Numbered from the stretch's first letter, positions 17,758 to 28,141 are shown. The stretch: DNA of 42,894 nt from an uncultured Dehalococcoidales bacterium (GCA_964583545.1 CAZOVW010000003.1:1-42894), one strand, 5' to 3'. Notes: generated by a model not told the origin, from the letters alone. Numbers and translations are program-made.

Positions 17758-18684
17758 TTAACCTCTGGCGGGCATGCGCTTGGGGATTAGGCGACGGAAG
17801 AAACGGCTGAATGTGCCCCTCTCCCACACAATGAGCAATGGGCTTGCTATGGCGAAAGAGCTGTAGGTGCCAGTGATTACACCGATCAGCAGGCACAGCA
17901 TAAAGTTATGCAGGGTCGCTCCACCCAGAACTAGCAGGGCAAGTATGGCAAACAGAGTGGTCAGGCTGGTATTTAGAGAACGCGCAAGTGTTTCGTTGAT
18001 ACTATAGTTGACCATGACCTCAAGGGGAGCACCGGGGTTCTTGAGTAGGTTCTCACGAATCCGGTCAAAGACCACAATGGTATCGTTCACGCTGTAGCCG
18101 ATAATGGTGAGGACGCCGGAGATGAACATGGCATCTATTTGTACATTGAATAGGAAACCCAGAATAGAGAAGACGCCGAGAACAACAATTACGTCGTGGC
18201 TCAGGGCAATTATACTGCAAACACCATAGCGGAAAGGCTTCGTTAACTTTCTGAAGGCCCAGGTTATGTAGAGCACGATACCGATGGCTGCGACAAAGAC
18301 TGCTATGGATGCTTTCCCCTCAATCTCAGAGGCGATCCTTCCAGAGACGGTATAAGGTTCACCTATAGACGGCTGTTCACCAAACCTCTCGGCTAGTGCG
18401 GCCTGTATGTTGGCTACGTCCTCATCTGAAAGCTGCTCGGTGGTAACCAGGAAGTCACCCTCCCCTGTTTTTTGAACCACGGCGTTGTTATAACCCAGGC
18501 TCGACATCTCCGCGCGCAGATCCGCCTGCGCTACCTCCCGCTCAAAGTGTATGGTGATCTGCGAGCCACCGGTGAACTCGATTCCCCGGTTCATGCCAAA
18601 AGCTAGCAAGAATATAACCCCTACAAGGGTAATTATCCCAGAGGCTATGAAAAACCATTTTTTCTTTCCCATGAAATCAATCAT
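17758..18684 (-). CDS. secF: Protein translocase subunit SecF
   Basis: 308 aa with GIEFTGG and DTIVVFDRIREN. It lies directly after secD. Confidence 0.9.
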   Translation of the reverse strand: MIDFMGKKKWFFIASGIITLVGVIFLLAFGMNRGIEFTGGSQITIHFEREVAQADLRAEMSSLGYNNAVVQKTGEGDFLVTTEQLSDEDVANIQAALAERFGEQPSIGEPYTVSGRIASEIEGKASIAVFVAAIGIVLYITWAFRKLTKPFRYGVCSIIALSHDVIVVLGVFSILGFLFNVQIDAMFISGVLTIIGYSVNDTIVVFDRIRENLLKNPGAPLEVMVNYSINETLARSLNTSLTTLFAILALLVLGGATLHNFMLCLLIGVITGTYSSFAIASPLLIVWERGTFSRFFRRLIPKRMPARG

Positions 18685-18693
18685 ATCTTTTTC

Positions 18694-20220
18694 TCACGGT
18701 CTAAATAGTTCTAGTCTCCCTGCCAGCGGGGTGAACACAATAATGCGCAGAAAAGCTCTGGTAACTACGATTGCCGTGAACATGCTTACGGCAACTCCGA
18801 TGCCCAGAGTCAGGGCAAACCCCATTACCATTGGTGCCGCTATGATTTTGCTCCCGAACCAGTACAAGATGATACATGTAAGTATTGTGGAGGCGTTGCT
18901 ATCACGAATCGCGAGCCAGGCACGGCTAAATCCAGCCTCAATAGCAGCCCCCAGGGTCTTTCCCGACCTTAGCTCTTCCTTCATCCTCTCAAAGATCAGG
19001 ACATTGGCATCAACGGCCATCCCTATGGAAAGGATGAATGCCGCGATGCTTGCTATGGTGAGGGTAACGGGAACCAGCTTGAAAATGGTGAGCATGATAG
19101 CGCCATAAATAAGCAAAGCAGCGCAGGCCAGAACGCCGGGGAGACGATAGTAAAGGATCATGAACGCCATTATCAGCATCAGACCGATTATCCCGGCAAT
19201 GAGGCTCTTATGAAGGGAGTCGGCACCAAGGGTGGCATCGACACTCTGGCTTACCGCTGGCTCGGAGGAGAATATCCTCTCCTCCCCCTCTCCCTCCCAG
19301 TGTCCCAGAGGGAGGGGCAGCGCTCCGCCATTCAGTTGGCTGGATAGCATTTTTGCTTCATCAAAGGTCAACCCCTCGATAATGCCTCTCGCGGCGATCT
19401 GAGCCTGGACGGTCGGTGCCGAGATTAGCTCGTTATCGAGGACAATGCCCAGAGGCTTCCCGATAAGCCGTCCCGTGATCTGGTAGAAGAGCCTGGCCCC
19501 GTCGTCGTTAAATTCGAAGACTACCACTGGCTGGCCAGTCTGCTGCTGTACACTAACATAACTATTGGGCAGGAGATACCTACCGGTGAGCGGTAGCTCC
19601 TCGCCATCGATCGTCCCTGTAGCGGGGATCCAGGCGCTAATCCCCTCGCCAACCAGATGGTCATTAAAAAGCGCGGAGTCGAGGGTTATAATGTTAAGCG
19701 ACTCATTGACGGCCGCTACCCGTTTCGTTTCCATGGTCTCCTTGTCACCGAGAAAGCCAACCACGCAGGTATCACCAACAGCAAAGCCTGTGACATCCGT
19801 AACAGTAATTTGGGTATCCCCAGCGCTTACCCCTTCTGCCAGGCTGGTGAAGGTGCCCTTCTGCTCTTGAAATTCTAGCTCCGCGACTGTGCCCACCAGC
19901 GACTTGGCCTCCTCGATGCTAACCCCCGGTATCTGGACGGAGATGCGGTCGTCGCCTATTATTTGGATAACAGGCTCGCTGACCCCGTAGCGGTTGATCC
20001 GCCTCTCAATGATCCCTCTGGCCGCTTCAAGCGCGTCAGCTTCACTGCCGGGCGCGATCTCAGAGAAGTCGGCTTCATATACCAGATGGGTGCCCCCTTT
20101 GAGGTCCAGCCCCAGCGACATCCCTTCACGCCCTGCGATATTTTTTACTGTCAGCACAATCACGGCGAAGATAATCAGCAGGCCAATGCCCACCAGCGTT
20201 AGCTTATGTCTTCTACTCAT
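18694..20220 (-). CDS. secD: Protein translocase subunit SecD
   Basis: 508 aa with LGLDLKGG, a large periplasmic insert, and GMAVDANVLIFERMKEE. Confidence 0.9.
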   Translation of the reverse strand: MSRRHKLTLVGIGLLIIFAVIVLTVKNIAGREGMSLGLDLKGGTHLVYEADFSEIAPGSEADALEAARGIIERRINRYGVSEPVIQIIGDDRISVQIPGVSIEEAKSLVGTVAELEFQEQKGTFTSLAEGVSAGDTQITVTDVTGFAVGDTCVVGFLGDKETMETKRVAAVNESLNIITLDSALFNDHLVGEGISAWIPATGTIDGEELPLTGRYLLPNSYVSVQQQTGQPVVVFEFNDDGARLFYQITGRLIGKPLGIVLDNELISAPTVQAQIAARGIIEGLTFDEAKMLSSQLNGGALPLPLGHWEGEGEERIFSSEPAVSQSVDATLGADSLHKSLIAGIIGLMLIMAFMILYYRLPGVLACAALLIYGAIMLTIFKLVPVTLTIASIAAFILSIGMAVDANVLIFERMKEELRSGKTLGAAIEAGFSRAWLAIRDSNASTILTCIILYWFGSKIIAAPMVMGFALTLGIGVAVSMFTAIVVTRAFLRIIVFTPLAGRLELFRP

Positions 20221-20241
20221 TTTCCGTTAAACCTTATTATG

Positions 20242-21711
20242 TCAAACTTGTTTCGTAATCCTCTTTCGGATGAAGAGGAGCGCCTCCTCCCTGGTAGCAA
20301 CCTCCCCGGCAGCCTCTGCCTCGCGCGCCGCCTCCAGAAGCTTGCCGAGCTCAGGCCCTGGACTCATTCCAAAGATACCGATCAGATCGTGCCCGCTGAT
20401 CAGCTTTGGCGGTGAAACGATGCTCTCTTCCCTGAAGCGCTCCTCAAGGACATAGGCCATACTCTGAGCGTGCTTGCGCCACTCTTCAAGCTCTAGCTTG
20501 GGGCCCTGCGTTGCCAGATGATCGGCAAGATTGAGGAAGATGGTATCGATGCCCACATCGCCAGTGTCCCTGAAGTAGCGGTAGATGGCGCGCTGGGTGG
20601 GGATTTCCTCATCGCCAGCCATTTGCCCCGGGCGCAGATGGTACTCGATCATTTTCCCCACCATTTCTTTCTCCCGAACGCTGAACCTTAAGCGCTCCAA
20701 AACGCCTTGGGCCATAGTTGCTCCATCCTTGGCATGCCCAAAGAAGCGTATCCTGCCTATTTCCTCAGTGGTTCTGGTCTGGGGCTTGGCAATATCGTGG
20801 AGCAGCCCGGCAAGCTTAAGTAGTGTCTCTCTACTATGTCCGCTAGCCACCTCCTCCCCAAAATGCTCTTCCAGCGCCAGTGACCAGGGGACAAGGGCCA
20901 GGATTTCATCGCTAAAGTATCCCGAGCCCTCGATCCGGAGCAGGAATTCGATAGCGGCAACTGTCTCTATAGAATGCTCAAGCACATCCCAGAAGTGTTC
21001 TTTAGGCTGCTCCGCCCCCTTGGTGGGGGAAAGCTCAGGGAGGATCGCTAAAAGCAAGCCGAGCTCATCGAGCAAGCGAAGCCACTGGGCTGCCTTTGGG
21101 GCAGCAAGCAGGCGACAAAATTCGTCGCGCACCCTTTCCGCGGCAACCTGCGTAATAAGCTGGTGATGGCGCTCAATTTGTGTCCGGGTTTCCTCAGCGA
21201 GCGAAAAGCCAAATTCAGCGGCGAGGCGCGGGGCGCGCAAAAGGCGCGCCGGGTCTCGTCGGAAAGCCTCCTCACTAATGGCGCGTACCACCCCCGCCTC
21301 CAGGTCTCGCTGCCCCTTGAAGGGATCGATGAGGGGAGCACTGGGGTTCGCTATTTCCCTCAGATTTATCGCAATGGCGTCTATGGTGAAGTCCCGCTGT
21401 GCCAGGTCTTCCGTGATGCTCCCGTGCATGGTGGCGAGATCGAGATGAATATGATTTTCTCCGCGGAGCACCACCCTGGCTATCTCGTTTTCCCAGTCTA
21501 GTGGCACAAATTTACCATCGAGGGCGCTGGCGACATCGCGGGCCAGCTCCATAGCCTTTGCTCCGATGACAATGTCGACATCGCCGCTAGCGCGCCCCAT
21601 CAGGGCATCGCGCACAAAGCCACCGGTGAGGTAGCCCTCGATGGCGCGCTGGTCGAGAAACTCCCCTACCCTGATTAAGACATTCATCATCTCTTTTTTC
21701 GCTTTTTTCAC
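20242..21711 (-). CDS. cca: CCA-adding tRNA nucleotidyltransferase / poly(A) polymerase family protein with HD domain
   Basis: 489 aa. GGFVRDALMGR..GDVDIV is the head domain. RDFTIDAI and LLHDIAKP (HD) are also present. Confidence 0.75.
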   Translation of the reverse strand: MKKAKKEMMNVLIRVGEFLDQRAIEGYLTGGFVRDALMGRASGDVDIVIGAKAMELARDVASALDGKFVPLDWENEIARVVLRGENHIHLDLATMHGSITEDLAQRDFTIDAIAINLREIANPSAPLIDPFKGQRDLEAGVVRAISEEAFRRDPARLLRAPRLAAEFGFSLAEETRTQIERHHQLITQVAAERVRDEFCRLLAAPKAAQWLRLLDELGLLLAILPELSPTKGAEQPKEHFWDVLEHSIETVAAIEFLLRIEGSGYFSDEILALVPWSLALEEHFGEEVASGHSRETLLKLAGLLHDIAKPQTRTTEEIGRIRFFGHAKDGATMAQGVLERLRFSVREKEMVGKMIEYHLRPGQMAGDEEIPTQRAIYRYFRDTGDVGIDTIFLNLADHLATQGPKLELEEWRKHAQSMAYVLEERFREESIVSPPKLISGHDLIGIFGMSPGPELGKLLEAAREAEAAGEVATREEALLFIRKRITKQV

Positions 21712-21719
21712 CTTTTTGC

Positions 21720-21756
21720 CTAAAAAGTCCCGCCCTATTTCCCCTGCGGGACTTTT
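21720..21756 (-). terminator. Intrinsic terminator-like hairpin between def and cca
   Basis: GTCCCGC (21727-21733) pairs with GCGGGAC (21746-21752). It is flanked by an A-run and a T-run, so the minus-strand transcript ends in UUUUU. Confidence 0.6.
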
Positions 21757-21849
21757 CTTTTTGTGCTCTCTTCGTCCCTTTTGTTCTAGAGCGCTTTGTT
21801 CCCATCTGCCATAAACCGTTTGAAAAAGCGCTTCGAAAAGTTCAAAAAA

Positions 21850-22341
21850 TTATACTTCAGGTGTTTCCGTAGCTGGTGTCACCTTATAAAGTTTATCCAT
21901 ACTCTCCAGATAATCGATGTATAGAGTGCCATTCAAGTGGTCGATCTCGTGCTCCAGTACCTCGGCGAGGAGTCCCTCCCCTTTGATGCGAATCTTCCGC
22001 CCGCGGCGGTCAAGCCCCTTAGCCGTGACCTTTACTGAGCGCTTGATCTCCCCCCGATAACCGGGGACGCTGAGGCATCCTTCCTCAACCTGTTGCTCCC
22101 CGGACCGCTTCACAATCTCCGGGTTCACCAGAACAATGGTCTCCTCGCCGGGCAGCTCGATTACCGCCACCCGAAGGGAGACCCCGACCTGAGGTGCCGC
22201 TAACCCCACGCCCCCGACCTCATGCATCGTCTCCACCATGTCATCGATGAGTTGCGCTATTGACTCATCGATATGCTTAACCCGCTTCGCTTTCCGACGA
22301 AGCACTGGCTCGGGGTAAGCGACAACGGGAAGGACTGCCAT
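21850..22341 (-). CDS. def: Peptide deformylase
   Basis: 163 aa with the three canonical motifs GVGLAAPQ, EGCLSVPG and HEIDHLNG. Confidence 0.92.
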   Translation of the reverse strand: MAVLPVVAYPEPVLRRKAKRVKHIDESIAQLIDDMVETMHEVGGVGLAAPQVGVSLRVAVIELPGEETIVLVNPEIVKRSGEQQVEEGCLSVPGYRGEIKRSVKVTAKGLDRRGRKIRIKGEGLLAEVLEHEIDHLNGTLYIDYLESMDKLYKVTPATETPEV

Positions 22342-22390
22342 CAGGTCACCATAATTATTGCCATATTATAGCGGAGGGGGCGTTCACCTG

Positions 22391-24808
22391 TCAAAGCAGG
22401 CTCACGGGGTCGATATCGACGACCCATCCCTGGGGAGTGGGGACCTGAGCTAGCAGGTGCACCGGGTCATCGCTACGCAGAATGATCTGCCACCGATACC
22501 GACCGCGCACCCGCGGGATGAAGGCCGGGGAAGGCCCGATGAGGGTGATATCCATGCCCCAGGAGTCCCGTTCCTCTTTGAGGAGGTGGTGCATTCTCTG
22601 GGCCTCTCTCTGGCAAAGGGCGTTATTGGGGTTAGTGTAGAGGAGGCGTGCCAATCGGCGAAACGGGGGGTTTTGGTATTGGCGGCGGAGGGAGATCTCC
22701 TGTTCATAAAAATAGCTGTAGTCATGTTTTGCGGCGCAACCGATGGCATAGTGTTCCGGGGTATAGCTCTGCACGATGACCTGCCCCGCCAGCGGGCCGC
22801 GCCCTGCCCTGCCCGCCACCTGGCTCAGGACCTGGAAGGTGCGCTCACAGGCTCGAAAATCGGGAAGGTGAAGGCTCACATCGGCATTGATCACCCCCAC
22901 CAGGGTAACCAGCGGCAGGTCCAGCCCCTTAGCGATCATTTGAGTGCCAATGAGCACATCCGCCTCATGCGCCAGGAACCGGTCCAGGATCTCCTCGTGG
23001 GAATACTTCCCCCTGGTGACATCGCGGTCCCAGCGCAGAAGATTCGCCAGGGGAAAGGCGCGGCCGATCTCCTCCTCTACCTTCTGGGTGCCGATGCCCA
23101 GAAACTTGATCCGCTTGCTGCCACACTGGGGGCAAATACGGGGCATCGCCATGCGATAATTGCACTGGTGGCAGGCCAAGTCCTCCCTCGCTGAGTGATA
23201 TGTCAGGGAGACATCGCATCTTTTGCAGCGCAGCACGTAGCCACAGTCGCGACATTGCACAAAGGTGGCGCTTCCCCGCCGATTGAGGAAAAGGATCACC
23301 TGCTCCCTGGCTGCCAGGGCCTGCTTTATCCCTTCGGCAAGCGACCTGCTGAATATGCTCCGATTTCCCGCCTTCAGCTCCTCGCGCAGATCGACCACCG
23401 CCATCCTTCTCTCGCCCGTAGCGATGCGCTCCGGTAACTCTAATAGTCGGTAATCACCAATCTTACTTTTATAGTAGGTAGTGACATCCGGGGTGGCACT
23501 GCCTAGGATGACCACCGCGCCGGTGAGCTCTGCCAGCTTGATGGCGACATCGCGCGCATGGTAGCGCGGCGATTGCTCCTGTTGCTTATAGGTCCACTCA
23601 TGCTCCTCGTCGATGACGATGAGCCCGAGGTCGGGCTGGGGGGCGAAGATCGCCCCTCGGGACCCGATGACCACATCGAAAGCGCCCTCCTTAATTCGCC
23701 ACCACTCATCGAACTGCTCCCCTACCGAAAGCTTGCTGTGGAGCACTGCAACCCTGCCAGGGAAGCGGGAGGCGAAGCGCGTGATGGTCTGGGGGGTGAG
23801 GGCGATCTCGGGGACGAGCACAATTGCCCGCTTGCCTACGGTAATAGCCTGCTCCAGGGCTCGCAGGTAGATCTCCGTCTTCCCACTCCCTGTAACCCCG
23901 TGAAGCAGGAAAATCTTCGTTCTCTCCACACCTCCCCCCTGCATGCTTGGAACAATAGCTGCTTTGACCTCTCGCCATGCCGACTCCTGCGCTGGGGTCA
24001 AGGTGGGGGCGGGTGAGAGCGAAAAGGTGCGATGAGCCAGTGGGTCGCGATATACTTGAACCTGCTCGATCGTGACCAGGCCCTTTTTCTTCAGCGCTGC
24101 TACCACCGCTGCGATGGGGCCGAGGCGCTTTCTGGCTTCGGCAAGGGGGATAGGGCCAGCTTCGAGAAGCTTTAGAAGTTCCGCTTGCTTGGAGGCTCCC
24201 TTTGCCTTAAGGAGACGCGCTAGCTCTTGCGCTGCTTCAACGGTAGGGCGAAGATAAGGCACCGTCTTCGGCCTCACCTTGACCCTCTCCAGCTCATAGG
24301 TTTTCCTAACCAGCCTTTTTCGCACCAGTTGCTCGATAATAACCCTCGCCTCTTTTTTGCCCACTGCTTTCTCAACCTCCCTTGCCTCAACCTTACCCTT
24401 CCTACCGATGAGATTCAGCAATGCCCTCTGGCGAGGATTAAGCGAGTAGACAGCGCTCTCGGGGGGATGGGGAACAGGATGGATAAAGGTGAGTACCCTG
24501 CGTTCAAAGCCGGGGGGCATCATTAGGGCAGTGGCATCGAAAAGGGGCGCAAGATAGTATTCGCTGATCCAGCGGGCTAATGTCACCTGAGGTTGGGATA
24601 GTATGGGGCGAGGGTCGATGAGGCCGGCGACCTCCCTGGTATCCTCCACCGATGGATATTCTGTTAACTCAAGGACCACGCCCTGCAAAATTCTGGGTCC
24701 AAAGGGAACCCATACCGCATGACCTACCATTATATCTGGAGGCACGGCGTAACAGAATGTTCGCCGCTGTGCCCCCGGAGAATTCACCGCAACCTCAGCG
24801 TAACTCAT
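22391..24808 (-). CDS. priA: Primosomal replication restart helicase PriA
   Basis: 805 aa. Walker A is GVTGSGKT, DEEH follows, and the Cys-rich zinc insert reads CRDCGYVLRCKRCDVSLTYH..CHQCNY..CPQCGS. Confidence 0.9.
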   Translation of the reverse strand: MSYAEVAVNSPGAQRRTFCYAVPPDIMVGHAVWVPFGPRILQGVVLELTEYPSVEDTREVAGLIDPRPILSQPQVTLARWISEYYLAPLFDATALMMPPGFERRVLTFIHPVPHPPESAVYSLNPRQRALLNLIGRKGKVEAREVEKAVGKKEARVIIEQLVRKRLVRKTYELERVKVRPKTVPYLRPTVEAAQELARLLKAKGASKQAELLKLLEAGPIPLAEARKRLGPIAAVVAALKKKGLVTIEQVQVYRDPLAHRTFSLSPAPTLTPAQESAWREVKAAIVPSMQGGGVERTKIFLLHGVTGSGKTEIYLRALEQAITVGKRAIVLVPEIALTPQTITRFASRFPGRVAVLHSKLSVGEQFDEWWRIKEGAFDVVIGSRGAIFAPQPDLGLIVIDEEHEWTYKQQEQSPRYHARDVAIKLAELTGAVVILGSATPDVTTYYKSKIGDYRLLELPERIATGERRMAVVDLREELKAGNRSIFSRSLAEGIKQALAAREQVILFLNRRGSATFVQCRDCGYVLRCKRCDVSLTYHSAREDLACHQCNYRMAMPRICPQCGSKRIKFLGIGTQKVEEEIGRAFPLANLLRWDRDVTRGKYSHEEILDRFLAHEADVLIGTQMIAKGLDLPLVTLVGVINADVSLHLPDFRACERTFQVLSQVAGRAGRGPLAGQVIVQSYTPEHYAIGCAAKHDYSYFYEQEISLRRQYQNPPFRRLARLLYTNPNNALCQREAQRMHHLLKEERDSWGMDITLIGPSPAFIPRVRGRYRWQIILRSDDPVHLLAQVPTPQGWVVDIDPVSLL

Positions 24809-24821
24809 CCCCTTTTCTCCT

Positions 24822-24865
24822 AAACAAAAAGACGGGCAGGTAATAAAGTGCCCCGTGCCCTGTCT
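24822..24865 (-). terminator. Terminator/attenuator-like hairpin after rplS
   Basis: The minus strand reads AGACAGGGCA..TGCCCGTCT (9 bp stem with one bulge) followed by TTTTGTTT. It sits 14 nt before the priA start. Confidence 0.5.
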
Positions 24866-24871
24866 TTTATG

Positions 24872-25228
24872 CTACCCCTCCTTGCGCTCTTCCTTTGGCC
24901 TTTTCTCCTTGATGCGCGCCTTCTTGGCGGTGAGCCCGCGCAGGTAGTAAAGCTTGGCACGGTGCACCTGGCCGTGTCTTAGTACCTCTACCTTTTCTAT
25001 GGAAGGGGAGTGAAAGAAAAAGGTTCGTTCCACACCAACCCCGTAGGCAATGCGCCGCACCGTGAAGTTGGCATTGATGTTGCCCTTCCTCACCCTGATC
25101 ACCACCCCCTGGAACATCTGGGTGCGTACCCGCTCTCCCTCTACTGCCCTTATGCTCACCTTCACCGTGTCGCCGGGGCTGAGCACGGGGATATTGGGAT
25201 TCGGCGCAACGGGGATCAGCGTATCCAT
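24872..25228 (-). CDS. rplS: 50S ribosomal protein L19
   Basis: 118 aa. [30 protein letters not shown] is the L19 signature. The start overlaps the trmD stop (TAATG). Confidence 0.95.
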   Translation of the reverse strand: MDTLIPVAPNPNIPVLSPGDTVKVSIRAVEGERVRTQMFQGVVIRVRKGNINANFTVRRIAYGVGVERTFFFHSPSIEKVEVLRHGQVHRAKLYYLRGLTAKKARIKEKRPKEERKEG

Positions 25229-25959
25229 TAATCTTCCTCTCTTTCCATCCGCTTTATAACTCTTCTCTCCTCATCGCTCAGCGCTGCCCGCTCTAGAAGG
25301 TCAGGGCGCCGCTTAATGGTGCGTCGGAGCGATTGCTCTCTCCTCCACCTGGTGATCGCGGCGTGATTGCCCGAAAGCAACACCTCAGGCACCTCCCACC
25401 CGCGAAAGGACTGAGGGCGAGTGTACTGGGGATACTCCAAAAGCCCCGTTGCGTGGGAGTCCTCCTCCACCGATTCCTCCGACCCCAAGGCGCCGGGCAG
25501 TTGCCGCACCAGGGCATCCACGACCACCATGGCGGCAAGCTCCCCACCGCTCAGGATATAGTCCCCGATGCTGATCTCGTCCGTGACCAGGTGCTCCCGC
25601 ACCCGCTCATCCACCCCCTCGTAGTGTCCGCAGATGAGGATCATCTCCTCATAGTGCGAAAGCTCCTCAGCGGCCCGCTGGTTGAAAAGCCGACCCTGTG
25701 GGGTGAGCAGGATCACCGGAAGCTCAGCCTCGCCCCTTATCGCCTCCACCGCCGCGAAGAGGGGCTCGGGCTTTAATACCATCCCCGGGCCGCCACCGTA
25801 AGGAGAATCATCGACTACATGATGCTTGTCCGAGGTATAGTCTCGAATATTATAAATTGCAATCGTCACCAGCCCCCGGTCGATGGCTCGCTTGATGATG
25901 CTCTCGCTGAAAGGGCCGGTGAACATGTCGGAGAAGAGGGTCAATATATGAATTTTCAT
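25228..25959 (-). CDS. trmD: tRNA (guanine37-N1)-methyltransferase TrmD
   Basis: The conserved protein begins [13 protein letters not shown] at ATG 25959 (GGGAG upstream). YGGGPGMV and [12 protein letters not shown] are present. The track's longer ORF, extending to 26037, would overlap mogA. Confidence 0.9.
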   Translation of the reverse strand: MKIHILTLFSDMFTGPFSESIIKRAIDRGLVTIAIYNIRDYTSDKHHVVDDSPYGGGPGMVLKPEPLFAAVEAIRGEAELPVILLTPQGRLFNQRAAEELSHYEEMILICGHYEGVDERVREHLVTDEISIGDYILSGGELAAMVVVDALVRQLPGALGSEESVEEDSHATGLLEYPQYTRPQSFRGWEVPEVLLSGNHAAITRWRREQSLRRTIKRRPDLLERAALSDEERRVIKRMEREED

Positions 25960-25981
25960 TTTCGTACTCCCACCACATGCC

Positions 25982-26479
25982 CTATCCTTTCGCCTCCCCA
26001 CATTCGCCTGCTTCTCCCCGGAGCACCTCGATGGCATGTGGTAGAGCGGGCAAAATCGCCTCCAGGCACTCGCGAACCGCCCTGGGACTGCCGGGGAGGT
26101 TAATGATCAAGCTCCTCCCTCGGATGCCGCAAACTGCCCGACTGAGCATCGCCATCGGGGTCTTCTTCAGGCTTTCGGCCCTCATCGCCTCGGCGAACCC
26201 CGGCGCTATCCTATCCACCACGGCAAGGGTGGCCTCTGGGGTGACATCACGCGGCGAGAGCCCAGTGCCCCCGGTGGTGATGATGAGGTCGATCCCCTCC
26301 TTATCGGCCCACTCCACGAGCCTTTCGGAGATAACCTCCCGCTCATCGGGGACAATGTCATATTTTACCAGGCGGGTATTGAGAGCGGCAAGGAGTTCTT
26401 TAATTGCCTTGCCGCTCTCGTCCTCCCGCTCGCCTCGCGAGCCCTTATCGCTGACGGTGAGTATGCCTAAGGTAAACAT
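25982..26479 (-). CDS. mogA: MogA/MoaB-family molybdopterin adenylyltransferase-like protein
   Basis: 165 aa with [19 protein letters not shown] and PGSP motifs. Confidence 0.8.
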   Translation of the reverse strand: MFTLGILTVSDKGSRGEREDESGKAIKELLAALNTRLVKYDIVPDEREVISERLVEWADKEGIDLIITTGGTGLSPRDVTPEATLAVVDRIAPGFAEAMRAESLKKTPMAMLSRAVCGIRGRSLIINLPGSPRAVRECLEAILPALPHAIEVLRGEAGECGEAKG

Positions 26480-26482
26480 CCC

Positions 26483-27973
26483 TTATTGAGGCCCCTGACT
26501 GGGCACAAAGCCGATGTTGTTATGATTCTTATCGGTGAAGTGGATGATGATCTCCTTGGGGGCTGTCTCTCCAGCGGGTATCTCGTACCAATATTGCTGG
26601 CAGACTACCATAGGGCTATCGTAAACCTCCGAATAAACCAAGTGCCCGTCAAAAAAGATCTCTATATCGTAAACCATCCCTTCATAAGCCTGAGTGAGGA
26701 GGTGAACCATTATCGTGACCACCCCATCTCCCAACCAATATAGGCTGGTTATCCCAGTAAGGACCGGCTTCGGTGTAGGAGTGGGTGTCGGTGTAGGTGT
26801 TGGCGTAGGCGTGGGTATAGGTGTAGGCGTTGGCGTTGGTGTAGGTGTAGGTGTTGGCGTAACAGTAGGCATCGGCGTCGGTGTCGGGGTTGGCGTAGGT
26901 GTCACTGGTGGAGGCGTAGGAGTAGGCGTTGGAGTTGGAGTGGGTGTGGGTGTTGGCGTTGGAGTAGGTGTGACTGTCGGCGTCGGGGTAGCCTCTGGCA
27001 ATGGCGAAACGGAAACAGCGTAATCGATCTCGGTGTGGATCACGCCACCAAGGTAATCCCCTTTGTACTGCAAAAGATCATAGGCCCAGTTCTGACCCAG
27101 GAAGTTGGTGATGTCACGTCCCAGAGCATAGTCTTTGACGGCCCACAAACCACCGGGGCTATCGGAGGGGACGACAGCGAAAATGTCGTGGGAGAGGTAA
27201 AGGGTATCGTTATGCACCGAGGCGGCATGGGGGTAGCTGTGAATGGGGTGCACCAGACCCGGGCCTCCCGCTTCGGCATTGTCCCAGTAGGGATCGCTAA
27301 TGGCGATCTTACCGGTCTGGGAGTTGACCCCGGCCACAGTAACATAGTGGCCGCCGAGGCGCACCCACTCCTCACCCTGCAACTCCCAGAAGCCCAGAAG
27401 CAGGACCACATCCTCGCAACGCTTCACCTCCTCCTCGATCCACTCGAATTCCGGGCTCTTTACAGTGACCTCATAGAATGCGTTATGGAGACCCTTATCG
27501 ATGAGGTACTGGTCGATGGCAGCCTCCATATCCTCGACAAAGGTGCCGTTCCACTGCCCACCCGAGGCCTGGCCATCGGTATCCATGCGCATGGCGAGGT
27601 CTCTAACCAGCGAGTCCACGTCACTGGGGTCATGGTCATCCCACTGTCCCGGGCTATAGGACTGGACCAGTGGGTAGCTATCATTGATGGCGGGTGGAGC
27701 GACGGGGTTAGGCTCGAACTTAGAATCGAACCACCACAGGGAATTGGCCACGGCCACCGGTCCGCAATAGGACCAATTTCCCCGAGAATCCTGCCACGCA
27801 TCCTGCTTCTGGTCGAAGTCAGGCATGCCGTTAGAGGCGTAGTCAATGAAGCCGCTGGGCTTCCAATACCACCCAACCCCCCCTGGCGGGGGGCAACAAG
27901 CCCCAAATACCATGCCTACTAAAAGTAGCGCTGCCAATAAGCCTATCACTTTCTGGGAAGGTCTCTTTTTCAT
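26483..27973 (-). CDS. Secreted or lipid-anchored papain-fold (peptidase C39-like) protein with a long Pro-Thr linker and a small C-terminal domain
   Basis: The signal peptide is [26 protein letters not shown] Cys motif ([16 protein letters not shown]) and a His motif ([16 protein letters not shown]) resemble C39-like peptidases. Residues 325-403 are almost pure (P-T)n. I prefer ATG 27973 (AGGAGG upstream); the track starts at GTG 27976. Confidence 0.5.
   Translation of the reverse strand: MKKRPSQKVIGLLAALLLVGMVFGACCPPPGGVGWYWKPSGFIDYASNGMPDFDQKQDAWQDSRGNWSYCGPVAVANSLWWFDSKFEPNPVAPPAINDSYPLVQSYSPGQWDDHDPSDVDSLVRDLAMRMDTDGQASGGQWNGTFVEDMEAAIDQYLIDKGLHNAFYEVTVKSPEFEWIEEEVKRCEDVVLLLGFWELQGEEWVRLGGHYVTVAGVNSQTGKIAISDPYWDNAEAGGPGLVHPIHSYPHAASVHNDTLYLSHDIFAVVPSDSPGGLWAVKDYALGRDITNFLGQNWAYDLLQYKGDYLGGVIHTEIDYAVSVSPLPEATPTPTVTPTPTPTPTPTPTPTPTPTPPPVTPTPTPTPTPMPTVTPTPTPTPTPTPTPIPTPTPTPTPTPTPTPKPVLTGITSLYWLGDGVVTIMVHLLTQAYEGMVYDIEIFFDGHLVYSEVYDSPMVVCQQYWYEIPAGETAPKEIIIHFTDKNHNNIGFVPSQGPQ
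26768..26995 (-). repeat. Degenerate hexanucleotide tandem repeat encoding the (Pro-Thr)n linker
   Basis: The plus strand reads (GGTGTN/GGCGTN)n for about 230 nt, which is ACNCCN on the coding strand. Confidence 0.9.
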
Positions 27974-28088
27974 CACTCCTCCTTTTTAGGCGACTGGCTG
28001 GGTTAGCCGCCTATAGCTAAAAGTTTTCGCTATCATACCACAGAAGAAATTTTTTGTAAACGTATTTTAAAAATTCATAGAAAAAGTA

Positions 28089-28117
28089 TTGACAAAACGT
28101 GAAAAAGGTGGTATATT
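28089..28117 (+). promoter_or_regulatory. Sigma-70-type promoter of the mraZ operon
   Basis: TTGACA (28089-28094), a 17-nt spacer, then TATATT (28112-28117). It lies in an AT-rich divergent intergenic region. Confidence 0.65.
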
Positions 28118-28141
28118 GTGGCTTAAAATGGGGAATAGTGG
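28108..28141 (+). promoter_or_regulatory. Putative MraZ operator: four direct (G/A)TGG repeats at 10-bp phasing
   Basis: GTGG at 28108, GTGG at 28118, ATGG at 28128 and GTGG at 28138. The repeats flank and overlap the -10 element. Confidence 0.55.

Noticed and set aside
22457-23194. 245-aa plus-strand ORF
   Set aside because: It is antisense to priA. It has Arg/Gly/Pro-rich composition and no motifs.
25960-26037. 26-codon N-terminal extension of the trmD ORF
   Set aside because: It would overlap mogA by 56 nt. The conserved TrmD N-terminus (MKIHILTLF) starts at 25959 with its own GGGAG RBS.
27035-27922. 295-aa plus-strand ORF; also 26715-27023 with poly-GVGV
   Set aside because: It is the antisense shadow of the signal-peptide, C39-like, PT-linker gene. 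The GV repeat is simply the reverse-complement reading of the PT repeat.
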